Origin: a virus | Length of the DNA: 11,216 nt | Virus genome (UHGV): UHGV-0117334 | Strand: one strand, 5' to 3' | Shown: piece after piece, positions 1-6,698 of the stretch | How positions within the stretch are numbered: the first letter of the stretch is position 1 | How the letters are laid out: each line of letters starts with the position of its first letter | Made by a program: the position numbers and the translations under genes | Notes under the pieces: model-generated | Databases searched by the model: none | Told to the model about the DNA's origin: nothing | What the model saw: only the letters and a program-made list of their open reading frames with translations

Positions 1-18
1 TGCGGTTACTCTGCTCAT
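1..18 (-). CDS. 5' end of an Rz-like i-spanin gene (only first ~6 codons in window; continues beyond the left edge)
   Basis: Minus-strand ATG at 16-18 overlaps the lysozyme stop (ATGA). Encoded start MSRVTA matches the N-terminus of lambda Rz as I recall it. Position downstream of holin and endolysin is canonical. Confidence 0.35.
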
Positions 19-515
19 TGCTGCCCCCACAAACAGACTTCACGCTCAATCTCACGGCGAGTCATCAGCCCTTTCCATTGCTTGCCGCCAGCATATGTCC
101 AGCGACGTAGTTGATCACATGCACCTTTGATATCGCCCTGGTTGATTTTGCGAAGAAGTGTCGATGTTCTGAAATTGCCTGCACCCACGTTGTAAACGAA
201 CGAGTAAAGAGCACCACGCGTTGTTTCCGGTATATCGACTTTGATGTACGGGTTAATTTGTCTGGCGACAGTAGCAAGGTCTTTATTCAGGAGAGCTTTG
301 CATTCTGCTTCGGTATACGTTTTACCGAGCATAATGTCTTTTCCTGTATGCCCGTAACATACAGTCCATACACCAACGATGTCTTTGTAGGGGTTATGTC
401 TCACACCTTCCAGACCATCGTTGCCGCTCGGACCAGAGATGAGCACAGATGCTATGGCAATAGCCCCGCCACCAATAGCAGTTGCGACAGCTTTGCGTAA
501 TGATGACTGCATCAT
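15..515 (-). CDS. SAR-type endolysin (T4-type / GH24 phage lysozyme)
   Basis: 166-aa ORF. N-terminal Gly/Ala-rich hydrophobic segment ([21 protein letters not shown]) is typical of a signal-anchor-release domain, followed by a GLEG...D...T lysozyme catalytic region. Closely resembles phage 21 R / E. coli RrrD-type lysozymes from memory. Start ATG overlaps the holin stop (ATGA at 512-515). Confidence 0.9.
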   Translation of the reverse strand: MMQSSLRKAVATAIGGGAIAIASVLISGPSGNDGLEGVRHNPYKDIVGVWTVCYGHTGKDIMLGKTYTEAECKALLNKDLATVARQINPYIKVDIPETTRGALYSFVYNVGAGNFRTSTLLRKINQGDIKGACDQLRRWTYAGGKQWKGLMTRREIEREVCLWGQQ

Positions 516-784
516 ATTTCCTTCGGTGCTCTCTTTCCCAATTCACCAATAACCATCGCCGTGGCGGAAATATTATTGGCATCAGTTTTATCCAATATGT
601 CCTGCAATATCTTCGTGCGCTTCATCTGCTCGCGTTTATTGAGCCGGTATGTAAGTACACCGAGGATAATGCTGAACGCGACACCGATAATGAAGCCCCA
701 ATCCTGCAATGACAGGCTGGCAAAGAACGCAGTAAGACCAGCACTACCATAAGATGCGCTGCTGTATCGTTCATCCATCTTCAT
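512..784 (-). CDS. class II holin (S21-like pinholin candidate)
   Basis: 90-aa ORF directly upstream of and overlapping the endolysin. Two predicted TM helices ([10 protein letters not shown] and [16 protein letters not shown]), Met-Lys-Met dual-start motif, charged C-terminus. GAGGT Shine-Dalgarno 7 nt upstream of the ATG. Confidence 0.8.
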   Translation of the reverse strand: MKMDERYSSASYGSAGLTAFFASLSLQDWGFIIGVAFSIILGVLTYRLNKREQMKRTKILQDILDKTDANNISATAMVIGELGKRAPKEI

Positions 785-879
785 ATCTCTTACCTCGCAA
801 TAGTTGCTGAGGTTTCGGCTTGGAAACTATACGGCGAGAAATAACCCCATCAAAAACGGCAGGGGAATATATTCTTCAG

Positions 880-2001
880 TTACTCAAATAACTTTTTCAC
901 TTCATCAACTGTCTGAAGATAACGTTCACCCTCAATCTCAATACCGATTGCCTGACGACCTAACTTCAGCGCGGCTTTAATAGTAGAGCCTGATCCCATA
1001 AAGAAATCGGCAACGATATCTCCGGGGCGGGAACTACTTTTTATAATATGTTCCATCATCGCTGCAGGTTTTTCACATGGGTGCTTGCCAGGATAATATT
1101 GCACAGGAGGAAACTCCCATACATCGGTATAAGGTACATCAGCAGTAACATGAAATGGGCGGCGCAAATTTTCATACTGAGCCTTCAAATCATCATACTG
1201 CTTCTTTACTTCCTCATAACGCAATTTCAGATCGCTATAACGCTTTTCATGTTCTGAATAATCAACATTAAAAGGATATGGACACGGGACACCGAGTGAA
1301 TCTGCCTTCCTGCGAAATAATTCGCATAGTTTATTAAAATCACTTAATGATGGAAGCCGCCACTGCGAATAAGAAAACCAGTGCGAACACATCTGCTTTC
1401 CTGTTGCTGAATTAATGTCTGCGGCTGATATATCTAACTGACGGCGAGCCAGCGAAAAAGCATCAATTAGTGGAGAAAAAATATTTTTTCTTAAATCTGC
1501 ACATTTTGAAGCATAACCTGACTGACCTTTAGCATAACCTGACGCGCCGTAATGCTCTGCAAATAATATTCTTTCAGTGGCAGGAAAATAAGCCCTTAAA
1601 CTTTCTTTATGACAACCGCGCCACATACCACTGGGTTTAGCCCAAATGATATGGTTCAGAACATTGAAACGGTCGCGAGTTAATAATTCAATTTTTGACG
1701 CAAGGCGAGAGCCGGTAAACATATACAGGCTGCCATTAGGGGCCAATATCCGCCAAAATTCTGCCAAAAATTCATCAATCCACCCCAAAAAGTCAGCATC
1801 GCTATCCCACTGGTTATCCCATGCGTTAGCCTTTACGCCGAAGTATGGTGGGTCTGTTGCAATCAAATTGACCGAGTTATCAGGGATGGTTTTGATAAAT
1901 TGCAGAGAATCTGCGCAAACGAGTTGCGCGCCATGAATATTAGTGGTTTTGAACATAGCTATTATTTTTTTGCCTGGGTAAGCTAACCCGGCGATGCGCA
2001 T
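880..2001 (-). CDS. orphan DNA methyltransferase, beta-class amino-MTase (N6-adenine or N4-cytosine)
   Basis: 373-aa ORF with DPPY catalytic motif near the N-terminus (LIATDPPYFG) and SAM-binding motif I near the C-terminus (DFFMGSGSTIKAA), the circularly permuted order of beta-class MTases. Carries a coiled-coil-like insert (EHEKRYSDLKLRYEEVKKQYDDLKAQYENLRR). No restriction endonuclease partner in the window. No obvious SD before ATG 2001; an alternative start exists at Met16 (~1956). Confidence 0.85.
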   Translation of the reverse strand: MRIAGLAYPGKKIIAMFKTTNIHGAQLVCADSLQFIKTIPDNSVNLIATDPPYFGVKANAWDNQWDSDADFLGWIDEFLAEFWRILAPNGSLYMFTGSRLASKIELLTRDRFNVLNHIIWAKPSGMWRGCHKESLRAYFPATERILFAEHYGASGYAKGQSGYASKCADLRKNIFSPLIDAFSLARRQLDISAADINSATGKQMCSHWFSYSQWRLPSLSDFNKLCELFRRKADSLGVPCPYPFNVDYSEHEKRYSDLKLRYEEVKKQYDDLKAQYENLRRPFHVTADVPYTDVWEFPPVQYYPGKHPCEKPAAMMEHIIKSSSRPGDIVADFFMGSGSTIKAALKLGRQAIGIEIEGERYLQTVDEVKKLFE

Positions 2002-2091
2002 CGCGGGTGGGCTTTAGGTTCAGCCTATAGCTCTGGCATGGGTTGACCGCAGGACAAGCTGCAACTTGTCCTGCGCCCACTTTTCAGGCAC

Positions 2092-2116
2092 AAAAAAACC
2101 GCCATAAAGGCGGCTT
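2092..2116 (-). terminator. rho-independent terminator candidate (minus strand)
   Basis: On the minus strand: GC stem CCGCC/GGCGG (with G-U closing pair), 5-nt loop, then a run of 7 U. Lies between the two-gene leftward operon (2704->2224) and the methyltransferase. Confidence 0.5.
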
Positions 2117-2201
2117 GTTGGCTGTTGGGTACAAAAAACCCAACTTAACAAAACAATAACTAAAAACCGTAATTTTGCCAAGCTTTTTCGTTTTTGTGCT
2201 G

Positions 2202-2219
2202 TGCGACCGTGGTCGCACA
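2202..2219. repeat. 18-bp palindrome TGCGACCGTGGTCGCACA, copy 1 of 3; SopB/ParB-type centromere-like site candidate
   Basis: Exact 18-mer shared with 6403-6420 (reverse orientation) and 8848-8865. Arms TGCGACC/GGTCGCA around a GT centre. Differs from the recalled F sopC SopB site TGGGACCACGGTCCCA by one base per arm. Intergenic, followed by TTTTT on the + strand. Confidence 0.6.
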
Positions 2220-2223
2220 GTTT

Positions 2224-2451
2224 TTAGAAAGTTGCCTGCTTATATTCATCGGTCAAAGAATATCGACCAGACCCGCTACGCTTTGCAACCCCAAAACAGA
2301 TCATCTGTTCGATGATAAATTCAACGGCAGCTTGACTCAAAAAACAGGCTTCGCTTAACTCTTTCAGGGAAATGCGTGGGTATCCACGCATAACACATTC
2401 CACACTCAGGGCCGCTTCAGTCATATTTCCACGAATTTCATTAATATTCAT
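2224..2451 (-). CDS. hypothetical small protein (75 aa), possible winged-helix DNA-binding fold
   Basis: ORF with GAGAGG SD-like sequence about 6 nt upstream of the ATG. Follows the upstream small gene closely (13-bp gap). No recognisable catalytic motif. Confidence 0.55.
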   Translation of the reverse strand: MNINEIRGNMTEAALSVECVMRGYPRISLKELSEACFLSQAAVEFIIEQMICFGVAKRSGSGRYSLTDEYKQATF

Positions 2452-2464
2452 AACGCCTCTCTAA

Positions 2465-2704
2465 TCAATCTTGAAACTGGAAATCAACATCAGCCATAAA
2501 GCGGTTCAACTCAGCCAGTTTTGGCCCCATAGTCCCAACTAAGCGACCAGCCAGTCGGTCTGCCAGGTTGGTACTGTTGAAACCATATTCCTTTTCGAAA
2601 CGTTCAACCTTCTGCCACAACTCATACAGTTCGTTAGCTATCTCCGCAACGTCGTCGCGCATTTTTTCGTTACCTTGATAATTCATAATATCCTCCAAAT
2701 TCAT
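2465..2704 (-). CDS. hypothetical small protein (79 aa as drawn; more likely 73 aa starting at the internal ATG 2686)
   Basis: ORF from the track. The internal ATG at 2684-2686 (Met7) is preceded by a strong GGAGG SD 5 nt upstream, whereas ATG 2704 has none. Divergent from the toxin-antitoxin operon. Confidence 0.55.
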   Translation of the reverse strand: MNLEDIMNYQGNEKMRDDVAEIANELYELWQKVERFEKEYGFNSTNLADRLAGRLVGTMGPKLAELNRFMADVDFQFQD

Positions 2705-2774
2705 ATAGTTAGTGGGTTATTGCCCCTCAATGACACGAACTGTAACTCTGCCAAACGAACACATCCAGTGTTAT

Positions 2775-2792
2775 TTTCACTTTTTAGTGAAA
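2775..2792. promoter_or_regulatory. palindromic operator candidate upstream of the toxin-antitoxin operon (TTTCACT-N4-AGTGAAA)
   Basis: Perfect 7-bp inverted repeat with a 4-bp T spacer, about 60 bp upstream of the toxin ATG in the divergent promoter region. Type II TA operons are typically autoregulated through such sites. Confidence 0.45.
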
Positions 2793-2850
2793 TTTTTAAT
2801 TTGCGCTTTTTTCTTGTTTTGGTGTATTTTATGGCTATGGAGGCTATAAT

Positions 2851-3174
2851 ATGTTTAACGTGATAACCCACCCTGCAGCACTGGATGAACTGCTTGAACT
2901 ACCAGATGATTTGCGAGGTCGCATGACCAGATTAATTGAGCGACTGGAGAAGGAAGGCAACAAACTGAAGATGCCCCATAGCCGTGTAATAGGTGGAGGG
3001 CTTTTTGAACTACGAGTAGGGGATAAAAACATCGCAAGAACGCTGTACGCCTACGCGACTGGTAACGAAATTTATCTATTGCATGCTTTTGTCGAAACAA
3101 CGAAATATAACAAACAGAAAACACCGGTGAAGGCTATCGAAATCGCCAGAACTCGCCTGAAGGAGATGAACTGA
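2851..3174 (+). CDS. type II toxin, Gp49-like / HigB-like (RelE/ParE superfamily)
   Basis: 107-aa ORF with the family hallmark pattern ...RTLYAYATGNEIYLLHAFVETTKYNKQKTPVKAIEIARTRL. GGAGG SD 7 nt upstream of the ATG. Stop overlaps the start of the downstream HTH gene (TGATG). Confidence 0.8.
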   Translation: MFNVITHPAALDELLELPDDLRGRMTRLIERLEKEGNKLKMPHSRVIGGGLFELRVGDKNIARTLYAYATGNEIYLLHAFVETTKYNKQKTPVKAIEIARTRLKEMN

Positions 3175-3461
3175 TGAAAGCGAAAGGCATCCCGTTTAAC
3201 GAAGTAAAAGAAAAACTTCTCAACACTCCAGAAGCCATCAAAGGATATGAAGAGGCCGATAAAGAGCTGGAGATGGTCGAAATGTTATACGAAATGAGGG
3301 AAAGAGCAGGTTTAACGAAGTCAGCTCTGGCTGAACGAATGGGATTGCGCCCGTCAGCTATCAGCCGCCTGGAAAGCAATCCTTTAGGGGCAAGCATGAA
3401 AACTTTATCAAAATATGCCCAAGCATGCGGTGCAACGATTAATATTAATGCCGTCTATTGA
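3174..3461 (+). CDS. XRE-family HTH antitoxin (HigA-like) partner of the upstream toxin
   Basis: 95-aa ORF translationally coupled to the toxin. Helix-turn-helix segment LTKSALAERMGLRPSAISRLE. Toxin-first gene order is typical of HigBA-type modules. Confidence 0.8.
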   Translation: MKAKGIPFNEVKEKLLNTPEAIKGYEEADKELEMVEMLYEMRERAGLTKSALAERMGLRPSAISRLESNPLGASMKTLSKYAQACGATININAVY

Positions 3462-3478
3462 TTAGACCCTTTTCGCTA

Positions 3479-3498
3479 CCCCGTCCAGAAGGGCGGGG
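3479..3498. terminator. hairpin between convergent genes (possible bidirectional terminator)
   Basis: CCCCGTCC-AGAA-GGGCGGGG stem-loop (8 bp with one G-U pair) between the end of the antitoxin (+) and the end of the 72-aa ORF (-). Flanking U-tracts are weak. Confidence 0.35.
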
Positions 3499-3504
3499 TG
3501 TGTA

Positions 3505-3723
3505 TCAATGATGCAAACACTCAACAGCAATAACTTGTTGGCAATTCTGAGCAATCTCCCGCGACATACTAACAAGTCGTGAAATCTCGCCAAGATGCAA
3601 GCTGGCTTCTGGAGAAGCCAGAGCAACGCTAACCAGATCCAAAACGGCGTCGATGTCTTTTAGGTTTGATCCGAGTTCTTCAAGAGTTGATACAGGTGCT
3701 TCAGTCATTGAATCTAATACCAT
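3505..3723 (-). CDS. hypothetical small acidic protein (72 aa); candidate SOS-controlled antirepressor
   Basis: ORF lies immediately downstream (minus strand) of a near-consensus LexA box and an operator-like sequence. No clear SD before the ATG, so the translation start is uncertain. Function inferred from context only. Confidence 0.4.
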   Translation of the reverse strand: MVLDSMTEAPVSTLEELGSNLKDIDAVLDLVSVALASPEASLHLGEISRLVSMSREIAQNCQQVIAVECLHH

Positions 3724-3747
3724 TTAATTAAAAAAGGTTATTTGATA

Positions 3748-3763
3748 CTGTATAAAATTACAG
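3748..3763. promoter_or_regulatory. LexA (SOS) box CTGT-N8-ACAG
   Basis: tACTGTATAAAATTACAGgg matches the E. coli LexA consensus TACTGTATATATATACAGTA at 16 of 20 positions, with an AT-rich 8-bp spacer. Sits 25-40 bp upstream of the minus-strand 72-aa ORF. Confidence 0.6.
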
Positions 3764-3773
3764 GGTAAAACTC

Positions 3774-3791
3774 AAATTTTATAGCCAACTT
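3774..3791. promoter_or_regulatory. operator-like sequence related to the repressor/cro operators
   Basis: AAATTTTATAGCCA is identical over 14 nt (16 of 18 over the extended site) to 7601-7618 in the repressor/cro intergenic operator region. Confidence 0.4.
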
Positions 3792-3964
3792 TCAATGGAT
3801 TAACTGGTTAAATATCTTTGTAGTCCGATACTTATGTTCCCTTCCTACGCCTCGCCCAACCACTTTCAAAAGCCCATCACCACCATCAGAAAAGCTCTTT
3901 TCGCTTCGTTTTCTCATCATTTCAAAAACTATGCCTTTTTGTTTATTTATCATTCCGTGACCAG

Positions 3965-4291
3965 TCACACTTTGAGCACAAGTTTCAGCCTCGTAGTTGT
4001 AAGGTGACATGAGCCTTCACCATCAAAAATACATTCTGAAACAGGCATTTTCTGACCACATCGCGGGCAAGTAGTAGATAGCTGCTTCTGCAGCTCCTTA
4101 TAGTTTTTCCTGATCAGCAGACCGATGACTTCATTCTCTGAATATGGAACTCGTCCCGGTCTACGCAATACACAAATTTCCCCCAACATACGTAGCTCGT
4201 CAGGTTCCAGAATCCAGTCCCGTCTTGATGTGCCTTCCTTCTTCAACCGTTCCCTGCGTCTCCTTTGCCGTTCTGCAGCTGTCAGCGCCAT
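3965..4291 (-). CDS. hypothetical protein with C-terminal Zn-ribbon (CPRC...C..C) and Arg/Lys-rich N-terminus
   Basis: 108-aa ORF with strong GGAGG SD 4 nt upstream of the ATG. Motif CPRCGQKMPVSECIFDGEGSCH. Last gene of the leftward early operon. Confidence 0.6.
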   Translation of the reverse strand: MALTAAERQRRRRERLKKEGTSRRDWILEPDELRMLGEICVLRRPGRVPYSENEVIGLLIRKNYKELQKQLSTTCPRCGQKMPVSECIFDGEGSCHLTTTRLKLVLKV

Positions 4292-4310
4292 AAATCCTCC
4301 TGAAAATTAC

Positions 4311-4865
4311 TTAACCCAATGCAGGAAGTGAAACAGAAAACTGAATATGACCATCCGGAGTTACCGGAGAGTTGCCAGCCTCATACGCGACCCTTATCCA
4401 GTGCATAAACATTTCAGTACTTACACATCCACAATCAACATCAATTTTGTCATGCTGCTGTTCCAGCCATTGCTCAAAAGTTAACTTGTAAGTTTGGCTT
4501 ACAGGTTTGGCTTCCAGTTCTGCTACGCGCTGTTTTGCAGCATCCAGTTCAATCGACAATTTTTCCAACTGCTCTTTATGCTTCTTGTATTCCTGATATG
4601 CGTGCCAGGACTGACCTTTGCGCACACTATCAGTAATATCAGTAATCTGTTCTGGTGTTAGCGTGGTCAGTGGCTGTGCTGGGAAAATCAGCACTTTCCC
4701 GGAATCCCAATCAAAACCAGCGTGAATTGACTGAACCTCAACTGAGGGTGTTGAACCAATGCTGCCAGGCGAATGAATAACGATTGTTACATCCATATCG
4801 CAACGCTGGCTGTGTTTGTTGGACAAGATACGATTCACCAACTCAGAAAATTTGGAAAATTTCAT
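4311..4865 (-). CDS. hypothetical protein (184 aa)
   Basis: ORF whose start overlaps the stop of the upstream gene (ATGA). Central coiled-coil-like segment (KEQLEKLSIELDAAKQRVAELEAK). No recognisable catalytic motif. Confidence 0.65.
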   Translation of the reverse strand: MKFSKFSELVNRILSNKHSQRCDMDVTIVIHSPGSIGSTPSVEVQSIHAGFDWDSGKVLIFPAQPLTTLTPEQITDITDSVRKGQSWHAYQEYKKHKEQLEKLSIELDAAKQRVAELEAKPVSQTYKLTFEQWLEQQHDKIDVDCGCVSTEMFMHWIRVAYEAGNSPVTPDGHIQFSVSLPALG

Positions 4866-5152
4866 GCTGATTCCCCTTTCTCTGCTCTCTCCTGTCGGAA
4901 CATCACTATCATCAGGTCGCCTTTTGTCGCTATCTTGGCTGTTGTGCCTGGCTCAATGCGGCTAAGTTCAAATGCGTCATAGAACGCCTCTAACACTTTC
5001 TGGCGTCTTTCCTGTTTGCGGTGCTTTCCCCACTGCTTTAGAAAAACAGAGGCCGCCCACTTCCCCGCACTGAACATGATGTAAAACCAACCGAGAAGTG
5101 CCAGACCGATATTTATGGCCGTATCGATCGTTATCGTGGTGTCGATATTCAC
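4862..5152 (-). CDS. hypothetical small membrane protein (96 aa)
   Basis: Start overlaps the upstream stop. One predicted N-terminal TM helix (INIGLALLGWFYIMFSAG) followed by a basic stretch. Confidence 0.55.
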   Translation of the reverse strand: MNIDTTITIDTAINIGLALLGWFYIMFSAGKWAASVFLKQWGKHRKQERRQKVLEAFYDAFELSRIEPGTTAKIATKGDLMIVMFRQERAEKGESA

Positions 5153-5571
5153 TACGCCACCTCCTGAAAATTTCCCTGATAAAAAGCCAGCACACGCTGC
5201 ATAACTTCACTTTTCCGGCAATCGTGACAAATCATGTTCAAGCGCCTGTCGTAACGACGTATTTCTCCGTCAGGTAATGACCAGATAAGGTCTGGATCAA
5301 CCACTACCGATGTCTTCGGCTTTACTCTTGATAGTTTTTTACGGGCGTTTTGCCAGTCCTTGCGTGCTTGTGCAGACAGAAATATCCCGGAGCCAGAGAT
5401 ATACAAATCACCACTGGCAGCAAGCTCTCTTGATAAACGACTAACAGCACACCGGCTAATACCAGTTTCATCCGCAAGTTGCCTAACCGTTCCTCGTCCA
5501 TTCAGGCGCACGAGTTCCACAATTTGTTTATTCAGTTCTTCCCTCTGTTCTGGTGTAAAAGCCTTTGCCAT
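5152..5571 (-). CDS. putative DNA-binding protein with (winged) helix-turn-helix
   Basis: 139-aa ORF; HTH-like segment GTVRQLADETGISRCAVSRLSREL. Start overlaps the exonuclease stop (TAATG), indicating translational coupling. Confidence 0.65.
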   Translation of the reverse strand: MAKAFTPEQREELNKQIVELVRLNGRGTVRQLADETGISRCAVSRLSRELAASGDLYISGSGIFLSAQARKDWQNARKKLSRVKPKTSVVVDPDLIWSLPDGEIRRYDRRLNMICHDCRKSEVMQRVLAFYQGNFQEVA

Positions 5572-6170
5572 TACGATTCTCCTTGCCCTTTTACAAGACG
5601 GGAGAAAATTGCTGATACATATTTATCCTGATGAATAGCATCAGCCAGGGCATTGTGTCGTTCGCCATCAAATGGCATATCTTTTTTAGGATTAAAACCA
5701 ATAAACTGACCAAGGTTAACGATTGTTCGAACATCCTGATCATTAAAATATTCCCACGGACAGGCTAAGCCAACGCGCTCATAAGCACCGCGTAAAATTA
5801 CATTATCGAACGTTGCTCCATTTCCCCATACTTTCAATTTTTTTAAATTACATGCATGGCAAGTAATAAAGTGTGATAATTCAAAAAGTGCATCCTTAAT
5901 ATCAAGGGCATCATTAGTACAAATTGCTGCTCTGGCTTCCTTGCTCTGTTTCAACCACCATAAAATGGTATCACCATCGGCGACACCACCATTCAACATC
6001 GAGCTTCTGAGATTCACTGGTACATAAAAAGTAGGACCTAATTCCTCACTTTCTGGAGAAAAAAACACTGCCCCGATAGAAACAATTGGAGCACATGTGT
6101 TAGTACCCATTGTTTCAAGGTCAATCATTACATCAGACCGTTTCCTGTCGTAAATAATCTGATTAGTCAC
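5571..6170 (-). CDS. DEDDh-family 3'-5' exonuclease (DnaQ-like fold)
   Basis: 199-aa ORF with Exo I motif MIDLETMG, an Exo II-like Asp (GATFDN) and Exo III motif H-x4-D (ERHNALADAIH). GTG start with GAGGAG SD 8 nt upstream. Confidence 0.8.
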   Translation of the reverse strand: MTNQIIYDRKRSDVMIDLETMGTNTCAPIVSIGAVFFSPESEELGPTFYVPVNLRSSMLNGGVADGDTILWWLKQSKEARAAICTNDALDIKDALFELSHFITCHACNLKKLKVWGNGATFDNVILRGAYERVGLACPWEYFNDQDVRTIVNLGQFIGFNPKKDMPFDGERHNALADAIHQDKYVSAIFSRLVKGQGES

Positions 6171-6193
6171 GAATAATTCTCCTCAACGTTTAT

Positions 6194-6397
6194 CTATACC
6201 CAAATTTTCTGTTGATATGTTCTGGATGGTTTTGGCGTTCTTTCTGATTCAGGTAAATGAACATAAACGCAATATCCATCACCTAAAAAATCAGAACGAA
6301 CAACCAGAACTTTCTTACCACGCCGCCGATAAGTATCTGAAAGACGCTCTGCTTCATCATGCGTCATCGGCCCCTGCTTAAATGGCGTTATTTTCAT
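6194..6397 (-). CDS. hypothetical small protein (67 aa from ATG 6397; track ORF extends to 6421 via a GTG inside the palindrome)
   Basis: ORF in the leftward operon. The 18-bp palindrome sits 6-23 nt upstream of the ATG, over the ribosome-binding region. Confidence 0.5.
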   Translation of the reverse strand: MKITPFKQGPMTHDEAERLSDTYRRRGKKVLVVRSDFLGDGYCVYVHLPESERTPKPSRTYQQKIWV

Positions 6398-6698
6398 TTT
6401 CTTGTGCGACCACGGTCGCACCCTCTCTGATTTCCAAGTAACGCTTAATCCAAAGATTTTCTATATGCTTATTACCTGGCTGATTTGATAAATACCAATC
6501 GGCAATTACAGACTGCTTATTACTATCTGGTCGTGTCCTGTAACCACAAGTTGGACACCAGATAACATATTCATTTCTTACCCCCGAATACCTTAATTCT
6601 GGCTTCGACGGTTTCCTGAACATAACTTGTTTACAAAGGCAGAATGGCACTTCCTGCCCGATGGCGTTTGATGATTTCACTGCGCTTCTCCGCCGCAT
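6378..6698 (-). CDS. hypothetical Zn-ribbon protein (CPTCGYR motif); start uncertain
   Basis: 106-aa ORF from the track. Its 5' 68 nt overlap the upstream 236-aa gene, and an internal ATG at 6623 would give 81 aa. The C-terminal residues ATVVAQ are encoded by the palindrome. Confidence 0.5.
   Translation of the reverse strand: MRRRSAVKSSNAIGQEVPFCLCKQVMFRKPSKPELRYSGVRNEYVIWCPTCGYRTRPDSNKQSVIADWYLSNQPGNKHIENLWIKRYLEIREGATVVAQENENNAI
6403..6420. repeat. 18-bp palindrome, copy 2 of 3 (reverse orientation); centromere-like site candidate
   Basis: TGTGCGACCACGGTCGCA on the + strand is the exact reverse complement of the 18-mer at 2202-2219 and 8848-8865. Overlaps the 3' end of the 106-aa ORF and the translation initiation region of the next gene. 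Confidence 0.6.

Noticed and set aside
2009-2144. Possible tRNA or structured ncRNA in the hairpin-rich intergenic region (GGTTCA motif and several stem-loops)
   Set aside because: No cloverleaf can be drawn, and there is no conserved T-loop (GTTCRANYC) or acceptor stem pairing; the hairpins are better explained as terminator and regulatory structures.
2199-2220. CTGT...ACAG at the ends of palindrome copy 1 as a LexA box, or the palindrome plus T5 as a simple + strand terminator
   Set aside because: The spacer is 14 bp rather than the 8 bp required for LexA. The identical palindrome recurs inside coding sequences without a T-tract, so a sequence-specific protein-binding site is the more economical explanation.
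2839-2850. TATAAT hexamer directly abutting the toxin ATG as its -10 element
   Set aside because: It overlaps the SD-to-ATG spacer, so it is more likely coincidental AT-rich spacer sequence; the promoter probably lies further upstream near the palindromic operator.
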